Below are positions 6,701 to 14,349 of a DNA stretch of 24,138 nt, one piece after another. The notes under the pieces were generated by a model. The model had not been told where the DNA came from. It saw nothing but the letters and a program-made list of their open reading frames with translations, and did no database searches. Source of the DNA: a virus (taxonomy: Duplodnaviria > Caudoviricetes); IMG/VR virus record IMGVR_UViG_3300033475_000136, positions 1 through 24,138 of that record; one strand, written 5' to 3'. The translations under genes and the position numbers were made by a program. The number at the start of each line of letters is the position of its first letter. Position 1 is the stretch's first letter.

Positions 6701-9700
6701 GCCGGTCTCCTCCTTGAGGACCCGACGGAACTCTTCCGGGTCTTCCTTGTTGAGGTTGTCCCACCACTTCTGGCCTTGGGCGTCAATGATTTTGCCCTGC
6801 ACCTCAGGAACGGTCACCCGCTCCTTGCCGAAGTGCTGATGCAGAAGCCGGGAGGCAGCTTCCTGGGAGTCGACACTTTTCAGGAGCTTGTCCCGCTTGG
6901 TGCGCAGGTTCGCGATCTCAGACTCAGACAGGTTGCCGGTACGAATCTCGCGGGCAATGTCATTTGCCTCATTGTTATTGAGTTCAATGTCTGATTCGAG
7001 GCGACGGATGCCTTCCTCGGGGCTGTAGTTTCCCTTTGCCACACTGCGTCGAACCTCATCGATGGTTCCTTGGGACGTCTTGTCCGGTGCAGCGGGAATC
7101 CGGGCCTTCTCCCATGCCTGATCAAACTCAGACGCCCGTGGCTTGTTATCAATTGGCTCAGAGCCACGAGTGCCCACAGACCCGTCAGGGATGTCCTTGG
7201 CCACCTTGGCCCGGGTTGCCTTGACCGTTGGGGTGGGTACGTCGGGGTGGGCCTTCTCAGCCTGAGCCACGGCCTCCTTGGTAACCAGCGGTCCCTTGAA
7301 TCCACGGGTTGCCTGGGAATCGATCTTTCGGCCTACGGTGGCGTCAACAATCTCCCGGCGCAGATTGTCCTTGGTCAATGTTCTGGCGCGCGGAATGTTG
7401 AGGCCATCAGCCTGGTCCATGAGCTGAGCCTTGGTCAGGCCACGGAGCAGGCCATCAGCTTCCTCGCGGGAGATCGGGTTCTCCGTCTGCTCCCGAAGGA
7501 CCCGCTTGATCTCAGCGGCATCGGGAGCAAGCTGTGCCCCACCGAGCTTGCCCTGCCGAAGGACCTCCGCCTGGCTACGGCCACGAGTGGGCTGCTCCCC
7601 AGGGGCGGCAGCCTTAGCGGCACGACGGGCCTCGGTCGGGGTCTCCTTGCGATACGAGGTACCACGAGGGGCCTCCGGCACCGTGTCCATCTCATTGCCC
7701 GCGTTGTCGCGGACCCGGACACTGCCATCGTCGTTCTGCTTGACCACATCAACCGGGAACCCGGCCTTGTCCCCACGCACCATCTCCGGGACAAGGTTGC
7801 CTTCGGAGTCCCGTTCAACCATGACCCGGTCACCGGGCGCCAGGTCACGGCTCCGAATCTTCGGGCCGGTCCGTCCACTGGGGACCAGTCCTTCTCGGGC
7901 CAGCTTCATCTCCCGGGCCTTAGCTGCCCGTGCCGGAGTCCCGACGGCGGGACCAGCCTCCCCGCTAGGAGTCAGACCCTCCCGCGCCACGGCAGGACCA
8001 GGAGCAGCAGCCTTACGGGGGGCAGTCAGTTTAGGACCAGGGGTCCCCTCCTCACGTGGTCCTGGAAGGGAGGAGGCTTTGCGTTCCGCAACGCGCTTCG
8101 CTGTGGCAGCCTTAGTACCAGCCGGGGCCCGAGTAGGCGCCTCCTCGGCCAGGCGCCGGGCCTCGGCCTCACTCATACCGTCAGCGATGTGCTGCTTGCG
8201 GACACGCTCCTGGTGAACACTGAGCTTCTTGGCCGGTAGGGCCTTCTTGACGGCCTTGGTTGCCTTCTTGGTGGGGGGTGCCGCCTCCACGCCAGAGATG
8301 ATCTGAGCCCGCATGCCCATGGCGTCGCTGAGCTTCTGGAGCCGGCCGGCATCGGTGGGGTTGTCCGCAGCCTTAGCCATGGCCTCCAGTTCATCGGAGG
8401 CGTTGCGTAGCGAGTCAGCATCGTCGGGGCTGACACCGTCCACAATGGACTTAGCCTCGTCGGGAACCTTGACACCCTTGATGTCCTCTTCAAGGGAAGT
8501 CAGCGGCTTCTCAGGGCGAAGAGCAGCACCCTCAGGGCCGCGAAGATCCTTCAGGATCGCGTCCTTCATGCGGTCCTTAGTGGTGGCCCCCTTGAGGCTG
8601 ATGCCGTTCTCCTTGGCCAGGGCACGGAGGTCAGCAACGGTGTGCTCCTCCAGGAGGGCATTTGCCTCCTGCCCAGACTTGGCGGCCTGGAGGTGGGGGG
8701 TCAGCTTCTCCGGGGCAATGGCCCCAAGCTTCCCGCCAGTGCCCACTTCCTCGCCGAGCAGTGCCCGCTGCAACTGCTCCTTGTTCATGGTGGAGAAGCC
8801 ACGGATCTTCTTCTCCCGGGCAGCCTGACGCAGGGCCGTCACCGTGTTCGGCAGACCAGCCTCGTCGGCCCGGGTCTGAACCTCGCTGACAGCCTTGGCA
8901 GCCGGGGCAGCCTTGGCCACCTTGGCAACCTTGGCCGGGGCAGCCTTAGCCGCCTCAGGGGCCTTCTCCGGTGCGGCCTTGGCTACCTTCTCGGCAGCCT
9001 TACGAGGCGCCTTCTCCTGGTGCTCCATGAAGGTCTGGTGGCCGGCGAGCTTGGGCCGGCTTCCAGTGCCACGGTCAACCGTGATCTTGTTGCCGTTCTC
9101 GTCATCACCGAGAACATGACCATTGGCGTTCCGTCCAGTGACCGTAAGGACGGTGGCGCCAGTCTTACGAGTAGCCGGGCGCCAATGCCCATCCTCACCC
9201 TTAGAGACCAGGATCTTGTCACCGTTCTCAAGGCGACCAGCAGTGATCTTCCCGGGCGCCGTGCCTGGGGACTTTGCCCGCTCCCGAACCGGGGCAGCGG
9301 GGGCAGCAGCCTCGGGGGCCTTCTCCGGTGCCGGGGCAGCCTTTGCGGCCTTGGTGGCAGCCTTAGCCGGGGCCTTCTCCTGCACCCCACCCAGAGCAGA
9401 CTCATGGCTCTGTCCAGCCCGACGCCGGGCCAGATACTTGGACCGTCCACTTTGGTCAAGGCTGTCGTAGGCAGACCGCTCCGACGGGGTCAACTCCTTG
9501 ACCGAGGTGAAGCCCTTCTTGGCCGGGACCGTCTCAGGGGTCGGCGCAGCAGTCTCAGGCTTATGCGCGCGGGGGGTGTTGAAGTGCTCGGCAATCAGGT
9601 CGGCAAGCTTCTCCTGCTTGGTGACGTTGGCCCGCAACTCCTCATGCGGAACCTTGCCCTCAGGCCCGGCGAGAAGAGTCTTGTTCTTCTCAATGTCCGC

Positions 9701-10996
9701 GTCCAGTTCCCGCAGAGCATCGGCAGGGTCCTTCTTGCCTCCGGTTACACCGAGATAGGCGTCGTTGAACTCCTTGCGCTGAGGCCCAGCGGTGGGCGAC
9801 TGAAGCCCACGCCCCTGGAACTCCTGCTTGAAACTGGCGGCCGACGCCTGAGGAGCCGGTGCGGCGGGAGCAGGGGGTGCCTCGGCCGGGGTGTTGGCAA
9901 TCTCTGACGCACTCTTACCCTCGGTGGGAACACCACCGATGGGGCCGTGCACGGGCTCGGTGCGCTGCCCGACACCGGCCGGTGGGGCCGGGCTCGGAGT
10001 AGGAGTGACCGCCTCCGGTGGAGGAGCGGCTACCGGGGCCGGGGCGTTGATCTGCTGCTGCTCGTTGGCTACAGCCTTCTGGTAGCCAGCACGGCGGGCT
10101 TCACGGGCGGCCTGGCGGGCAGGAGTTGGGGCCGGTCCGGGAGGTGCGGGCTCAACACCCCTCACGCCAGGCTGCTGGTAGTCGGCGGCGATGTCGACCT
10201 GACGTGGTGGAGCACTGGGCGGCTCGGCCGGCTGTGGCATGACACTGGGCCCACCGATGCGGGCCTGCCGCTGCTCGGGGGTGAGGTTGGCCCCCTTGCG
10301 ACCCTGCACGATCTCATTGGGGGTACCGGTGGTGGCGCCGCTTGGTTCGGCCACGGCGGTCATGTACCAGCCACCGGAACCGTCCGGGTAGACCCGGGTC
10401 ACCAGTAGCTTCTGATCCTTGTCCAGGAGCACGCCACGGTCGTTACGGTTCTCACCGATGTGAGCAACGTTGACGCCTTGGGGGACCGCGATCCGCATGG
10501 TGATCTTCCCCGGCCCATGGGACATGTCAGAGCCCAAGTGGGTGGGGGAGAAGGCCTTGTCGGTGATCGTGTTTCCGGTCATACGGATGATCCCATTGGG
10601 ATCAGTCTCATTCAACTGTTGCGGGGTAAGGCCCAACGCTTCCGGGGTGAAGGTGCGACCAAGGATCAGGCCTTCCTTGGTGGGGTGCATTCGCTTGCTA
10701 ACCATGTCCACGTACTGCTGAGTCAGGGGATCAATTTCCCCGGCTCGCATATGGTCAGCAGCTTCATCCCAGTCCATGCGTAGGCGGCGAAGCTCCAGCT
10801 CGTTGAACGCACCACCAGGCTGAACACGGGCAGAGTTGAAGTTGAACTGGGCGGCCTGGCCGTCGCTCTGGAAAGTGCGGGGCGTGGAGGACTTCAGCAG
10901 ATGGTCAAGCCAAGGGGCCAGCTTGAACTTTTTGATGAAACGACCGTGGAACCCCCGTGGGTGGAGGTTCGGGTCCCAATCGCCGAAGCCCGGCAT
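3746..10996 (-). CDS. giant multidomain head-operon protein (2416 aa): HPR-x3-GRF N-terminal motif, degenerate VIP2-like ADP-ribosyltransferase domain, Rho-N/HeH-like repeats, SH3/KOW-like modules, GrpE-head-like domain, Ala/Lys/Pro-rich linkers
   Basis: Uninterrupted 7.25-kb ORF with SD GGGAG. Motifs: WDPNLHPRGFHGRF; LILGR...ITDKAFSPTH...MRIAVPQG...DRGVLL; TVTALRQAAREKKIRGFSTMNKEQLQRAL; PFEPGKH...VQVISPGY...HPAGV. The CDS is confident; the function is inferred. Confidence 0.8.
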   Translation of the reverse strand: MPGFGDWDPNLHPRGFHGRFIKKFKLAPWLDHLLKSSTPRTFQSDGQAAQFNFNSARVQPGGAFNELELRRLRMDWDEAADHMRAGEIDPLTQQYVDMVSKRMHPTKEGLILGRTFTPEALGLTPQQLNETDPNGIIRMTGNTITDKAFSPTHLGSDMSHGPGKITMRIAVPQGVNVAHIGENRNDRGVLLDKDQKLLVTRVYPDGSGGWYMTAVAEPSGATTGTPNEIVQGRKGANLTPEQRQARIGGPSVMPQPAEPPSAPPRQVDIAADYQQPGVRGVEPAPPGPAPTPARQAAREARRAGYQKAVANEQQQINAPAPVAAPPPEAVTPTPSPAPPAGVGQRTEPVHGPIGGVPTEGKSASEIANTPAEAPPAPAAPAPQASAASFKQEFQGRGLQSPTAGPQRKEFNDAYLGVTGGKKDPADALRELDADIEKNKTLLAGPEGKVPHEELRANVTKQEKLADLIAEHFNTPRAHKPETAAPTPETVPAKKGFTSVKELTPSERSAYDSLDQSGRSKYLARRRAGQSHESALGGVQEKAPAKAATKAAKAAPAPEKAPEAAAPAAPVRERAKSPGTAPGKITAGRLENGDKILVSKGEDGHWRPATRKTGATVLTVTGRNANGHVLGDDENGNKITVDRGTGSRPKLAGHQTFMEHQEKAPRKAAEKVAKAAPEKAPEAAKAAPAKVAKVAKAAPAAKAVSEVQTRADEAGLPNTVTALRQAAREKKIRGFSTMNKEQLQRALLGEEVGTGGKLGAIAPEKLTPHLQAAKSGQEANALLEEHTVADLRALAKENGISLKGATTKDRMKDAILKDLRGPEGAALRPEKPLTSLEEDIKGVKVPDEAKSIVDGVSPDDADSLRNASDELEAMAKAADNPTDAGRLQKLSDAMGMRAQIISGVEAAPPTKKATKAVKKALPAKKLSVHQERVRKQHIADGMSEAEARRLAEEAPTRAPAGTKAATAKRVAERKASSLPGPREEGTPGPKLTAPRKAAAPGPAVAREGLTPSGEAGPAVGTPARAAKAREMKLAREGLVPSGRTGPKIRSRDLAPGDRVMVERDSEGNLVPEMVRGDKAGFPVDVVKQNDDGSVRVRDNAGNEMDTVPEAPRGTSYRKETPTEARRAAKAAAPGEQPTRGRSQAEVLRQGKLGGAQLAPDAAEIKRVLREQTENPISREEADGLLRGLTKAQLMDQADGLNIPRARTLTKDNLRREIVDATVGRKIDSQATRGFKGPLVTKEAVAQAEKAHPDVPTPTVKATRAKVAKDIPDGSVGTRGSEPIDNKPRASEFDQAWEKARIPAAPDKTSQGTIDEVRRSVAKGNYSPEEGIRRLESDIELNNNEANDIAREIRTGNLSESEIANLRTKRDKLLKSVDSQEAASRLLHQHFGKERVTVPEVQGKIIDAQGQKWWDNLNKEDPEEFRRVLKEETGLDAKGSNAQEIFQDALKQTIKGELDKRAAAKEARNAQKVTREAAKAKAVEEFSPGGAKHLDAKAIAGDLNIDQRHIDAAQGDLNQGMSPAKAAQNIRDRAQRMSDANAIINGGVDASRTSPEHKAELDQKYRAGTEEVANLRQLADKVAEAKRPRVTRTPAKAAAEDLAKAKETVKEPAAKKAVARAEAAVKEAGDEAEKLKQRVLDRHQKAWDASTTRAEAEQAATNMRQDLLLSEIRDWAKPMGITGRSKDDILKKAVERRFGSGGDVISGAPGARPEVARVSSRMEAANRVKNIGSTLSTVDELLNNGASERAVSHRVRGSELGRSDPELAQRIERAAVAGDQAELDRIASEHGLTRNTGPVGTVEPFEPGKHRGMGDSSPRKGQAVQVISPGYQGTVEGRAFQAHPAGVLEATPEQKQQMLDRLAGERRDAIASLPAETRAAVIARSQRQRENNAAIRAGKRTPAAAPVAELPTNKQEEVAANLARLNAAKAVKAAPKAEAGTPTSRAFESQLANATTVDQGRHILESMGNKKGPYQELAKQVGIEVRPSDSIAKLRENILRRTVTTRLEHAAYVRLGGSNPSEITKTAIAAEREARAAKKAAPSAGEGAAVLAKGGFNEPFISDKGPVKSVRVRFDEGTSAATFGRGDDLKAPNGRWSADQGLIHMDSEIGGLWKDLASDDRVSTPDLNKITEIGQQLHDGKIDVPTARALIRDIKPGNAQVRERINQAVAGLDTKPSKLDLPDNTPAQVRDFLEKVNEIPAYHDRTNVREGKTPMQHLLDSVKIISKGDRNDPNYDEAQRAIEHASGRVHESGDGVYWAQRESGKLSPINQSAEVRKWIRGGGATPAAPEPAKATPAPAKAAKKAAKAAPTVTKAELRSPVPKAGNEAPAAPTANVTAKGLTPGEGVPVSTFLTLQNRLGSGKSQDLRTLDRYARVPGDYSKVPDLYRKILQQLQQAGVGPDDPVRKAFEKWFTDHFS

Positions 10997-10998
10997 TA

Positions 10999-11253
10999 CT
11001 ACGCTCCCAACACGCCCGTATCAAGGGTGGGCCGTTCAACTGCTCCGTACCGTGCGTCCAGCTCTGCTGCTGTCAACCAGGCCATTGGATCACCCGCAGC
11101 GGCATCTGTTTCTGATTGACCTCCACCTGGTGGTGAGTTGTCGGGAGGGGGGGTAGGGGCCTGCCCCGGCGCCGCTGCCGGGGGCGTACCGGGAGCCCCC
11201 GGGGCAACAGCGGTGGACTGGGGCACCGGGGCAGGAGCCATGGGTGCGGTCAC
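10999..11253 (-). CDS. Pro/Ala-rich hypothetical protein (84 aa)
   Basis: Exactly fills the gap between the protease stop (GTGA overlap) and the giant ORF start; weak SD. Confidence 0.55.
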   Translation of the reverse strand: MTAPMAPAPVPQSTAVAPGAPGTPPAAAPGQAPTPPPDNSPPGGGQSETDAAAGDPMAWLTAAELDARYGAVERPTLDTGVLGA

Positions 11254-13643
11254 TGCTGTGCTGCTTCCTGATCGGCCGCGAAGATGGCGTGGAGGCGGAG
11301 CTGGCGGTCGCGCTTCTCGTAGATTTCACTGTCTTCGATGAGATCACGGAGGCGCTGTGCGCGGTACTCCTGCGTGTCCTCCTCATCCCAGCCAGCGGCG
11401 GAGAAGGCGTCGTTCACCGCGTCCTGGATCAGACCAGTGATACCAGTGGTGGGCGGACCGGCATACTCGAATTCGTCATCCTCGAACCACACCGATCCAG
11501 CCGCTACAAGGGCGGTTCGCTCATCGTCTTCCATGCTGTAGACGGGGAAAGCTGGGGCGTTAACTGCGAGGGCCGCAGTAAGTTCCAGAGATCCACCTTC
11601 CCGACGCCAGTCACCTGAGAGAGGAGAACGACGGAGCTTAGCAACCCTTTGGGGAGTTGCTTCTGGGACGATGGCTCCAGAAAACCAAATCCCGAACTGG
11701 TCCTCACCGCAGCGAATAGCTGCAATCTCATCGCCAGTGTTGTCGTAGTGCAGTGCGGCAGCAGCGTAGCCAAGGTTGATACCGGCGTGCCGGGTGTCCA
11801 TGACGATCTTTCCAGTGTCAATGACTTCACCCTCTGCCGTCAGAACCGAACCAAGGTGGAACGGCCGGTACTCCTGCTCCGAGTGAGGAGCCAGGACACA
11901 CTCCCGCATGGTCACGTCCCGGTGGCACTCATTCCAGGCCGCCAGGTGACCAAACACATGACCATCCTCAGTCACCGTGAGCTTGGTCTTACGAGTCAGG
12001 TTCGGGTTCTCAAACCAGGCCTTGGGCGGGTGCACCGGGATTCCAGTGGCCGAGTAGGCATCCCCCCCCTTGCTCTTCTTTTCCTTCATGCCTTCGTCAG
12101 CTCCACTGGAGTCGGAGATTTCAATACCAGCCTTGGCAGCGGCAGCCTTGATCCGCTGCTTGATGGCAGCCAACTGGTTCGGCTTGTAGAAGGCCGCATT
12201 CTTGGGCACGTTGATGTACGCCCAAGCGCTACGAATGTGGTCCGGGTTATCGATCGGGTACTTCTTCTCACCGTTGTAGCCCGGGTCGGCGTACTTCACG
12301 TCGCCGTAGGGCTCTGCGGCTGCAAATTCATCCATGGCGAGCTGTACACCTTCCTGAGCTGAACGGTCCCAAGGCGCCCGGAGACTGGCATCCCCAAACG
12401 ACTTGGACATCTCCGCATAGATGTCGGAGATCGTGGAACGGATCTTGGTTACGTCCTCCGGGCTCACGTCCGGAAGGCCACCGTGGGCACCTGACATCAG
12501 AGCAGCGGCGGCGTAGATGGCGTGGAAGATCACCGTCAGGTTGCCGTTGATGATGTCCCCCACCGGCAGCCGGTAGCTGGTCGGGTCCAGGGCGTTCCCC
12601 GTCGGGGAGAACCACATGAACGCCTTACGCATCTTGTTCGGGTCACCGGCCGCCCATGCCGTGATCCGCTTCACCGCGTCGTCGTTGTCGAACACGGCCT
12701 CACGGGGGGCCAGGGGGAGGCCACGCCACCCTGAGGTGTTGACGGTGTACTCGTTGCCCGCTGTAATGACCTTGGGTGCGGCCTTCTCCGGGGTCAGGGG
12801 TGGCCCAGAGTGGCCGCACCCACAATCCTCTTCCGGCCCGTTCATCGACATGTCCATGTCGTCGTCCGGCCAGTCCCCGTCACCGTCGAACACGTACAGA
12901 CCGGACTGGGTGAACGCCGGAATTGGCACCAGGGTTGAGCCACCGATGCCGAACTTCAGCATGTGCTCCTGGCCGTTCTCCGGGTTGACGGTGGCCGTCA
13001 CGTCCCCACCCGGGTCCAGGCTAGGACCCACCACTCCCATCTGAGCCAGGTACCGGGCCTTCTTTGCCTCCGGGATGATTTCGTCGTCAAGGAAGTCGCC
13101 CCAGCCCCAGCAGCACTCCTGGCCGTTCTCATCGGGGCCGTAGGTCATGCCCAGGATCCGACCCACAGTCAGGCCCCCACCATGGCCCGGGCCCTGGCGC
13201 TCACGCCAGTCCAGGGGCAACGGGAGCACCCGGTGGTACAGGGCACCAGGCTCGAAGATCCGGGAGCGCCGTGGCTCCCCAGTGGGGCGTCCAATGGGCG
13301 CCATCAGACCGGCCCACGTGTACTGACCAAGACTCGGCTGCTTGGCCAGCAGCTCCTGAGCGGCCACCAGGGCGTCCATGGTTTCCGAGGTCATGGCCGC
13401 CACGATGCTGTGCTTCAGCTTGCGGGGTTCCAGTGAGCCGTGGCCGGGAGGGCCCCCTGTTGCCTTGGTGTGCAGGATGTTGCACAAGCCTTCGGGGTCG
13501 GTGGGGAAGTACTTACGCAGGTTCCGCACACACCGCTTGAAATCCCCTGGAACATTCCAGCGGATCTTCGCAGCACCCTTGCCGGCGAGCCAGTACTTCT
13601 GGAGCTGAAGCGGCATGCCCCGGGCTGGGTTCGGATCAACCAC
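11250..13643 (-). CDS. capsid maturation protease, multidomain (797 aa), including a DUF6582-like insertion
   Basis: WAGLMAPIGRPTGE...LPLPLDW...GHGG...VGRI protease-like segment and PPKAWFENP...GHVFGHLAAW...LSGDWR C-terminal segment, typical of cluster B-like head proteases. PYGDVKYADPG...KYPID...HIRSAWAY is DUF6582-like. Lies after portal and MuF. Confidence 0.75.
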   Translation of the reverse strand: MVDPNPARGMPLQLQKYWLAGKGAAKIRWNVPGDFKRCVRNLRKYFPTDPEGLCNILHTKATGGPPGHGSLEPRKLKHSIVAAMTSETMDALVAAQELLAKQPSLGQYTWAGLMAPIGRPTGEPRRSRIFEPGALYHRVLPLPLDWRERQGPGHGGGLTVGRILGMTYGPDENGQECCWGWGDFLDDEIIPEAKKARYLAQMGVVGPSLDPGGDVTATVNPENGQEHMLKFGIGGSTLVPIPAFTQSGLYVFDGDGDWPDDDMDMSMNGPEEDCGCGHSGPPLTPEKAAPKVITAGNEYTVNTSGWRGLPLAPREAVFDNDDAVKRITAWAAGDPNKMRKAFMWFSPTGNALDPTSYRLPVGDIINGNLTVIFHAIYAAAALMSGAHGGLPDVSPEDVTKIRSTISDIYAEMSKSFGDASLRAPWDRSAQEGVQLAMDEFAAAEPYGDVKYADPGYNGEKKYPIDNPDHIRSAWAYINVPKNAAFYKPNQLAAIKQRIKAAAAKAGIEISDSSGADEGMKEKKSKGGDAYSATGIPVHPPKAWFENPNLTRKTKLTVTEDGHVFGHLAAWNECHRDVTMRECVLAPHSEQEYRPFHLGSVLTAEGEVIDTGKIVMDTRHAGINLGYAAAALHYDNTGDEIAAIRCGEDQFGIWFSGAIVPEATPQRVAKLRRSPLSGDWRREGGSLELTAALAVNAPAFPVYSMEDDERTALVAAGSVWFEDDEFEYAGPPTTGITGLIQDAVNDAFSAAGWDEEDTQEYRAQRLRDLIEDSEIYEKRDRQLRLHAIFAADQEAAQQ

Positions 13644-14349
13644 GGGTCACCTCGTTTCCAATGTGCAGCTCACACCGGCAATTGATAACCAACTCTGGTG
13701 GGGCCGATGGATCCCCTGGAAACATCATCGGCACACCATCGACGTAGAACGGGTACCAGACCGGCACCGTCACTCCGTCAACTTCCTGGTGTGGGGATCG
13801 CACACGGTTATCGTCCTTGGTGTCCCATCGCTTGGTCAACTGTCGACCGGTTACTCTGGCCTGTTCGATACCGGCCGCCATGGTGCCCGCACCATAAGCA
13901 CGGTTGACCTCGGTCTGGGCAATCACTTTGGCTCGGTTCGGCCAGCGCTCAGAGCCCGTGTAACTGAGTACCTTGTCAACCCTCGCCGCGATCTGATCCC
14001 TGCTCTCGCCAGCGTTGGTGCCGTCGGTAATTTCGGCAAAGACAAGGTTCGCAACCTCGTCGGGAATGCGCACGAGCAGATTCTGTACATCCGCCAGGTA
14101 GCTGACAACGAAAGCGTGGCGTGAAACTGGAGGGACTTCAGTCGCAGAACTCCAGGCGCTGACACCAATTCGCCCGATCTCACTAAGGATGGTGTCCACT
14201 TCGGAGTCCCAGTTGGACTGGAGTCCGTAGATTGCAGTTGGATCCGGACTTCCTGACCGGGTGACAGCGGCACGTGCCTTGTCGAGCCATCGGCGTAGTG
14301 CACTGCCAACCGTCGCACCGAGAGAACGCTCATCGTCAGCCCTGCTCAT
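13636..14349 (-). CDS. MuF-like (SPP1 gp7-type) minor head protein (237 aa)
   Basis: RAKVIAQTEVNRAY, KRWDTKDDNRVRSPH and FPGDPSAPPELVINCRC motifs; directly downstream of portal. Confidence 0.9.
   Translation of the reverse strand: MSRADDERSLGATVGSALRRWLDKARAAVTRSGSPDPTAIYGLQSNWDSEVDTILSEIGRIGVSAWSSATEVPPVSRHAFVVSYLADVQNLLVRIPDEVANLVFAEITDGTNAGESRDQIAARVDKVLSYTGSERWPNRAKVIAQTEVNRAYGAGTMAAGIEQARVTGRQLTKRWDTKDDNRVRSPHQEVDGVTVPVWYPFYVDGVPMMFPGDPSAPPELVINCRCELHIGNEVTRG

Noticed and set aside
3746-10996. Giant ORF as tape measure protein
   Set aside because: It lies in the head module upstream of the capsid genes, is Pro-rich and modular, and lacks the hydrophobic or aromatic-periodic repeats of tape measures.
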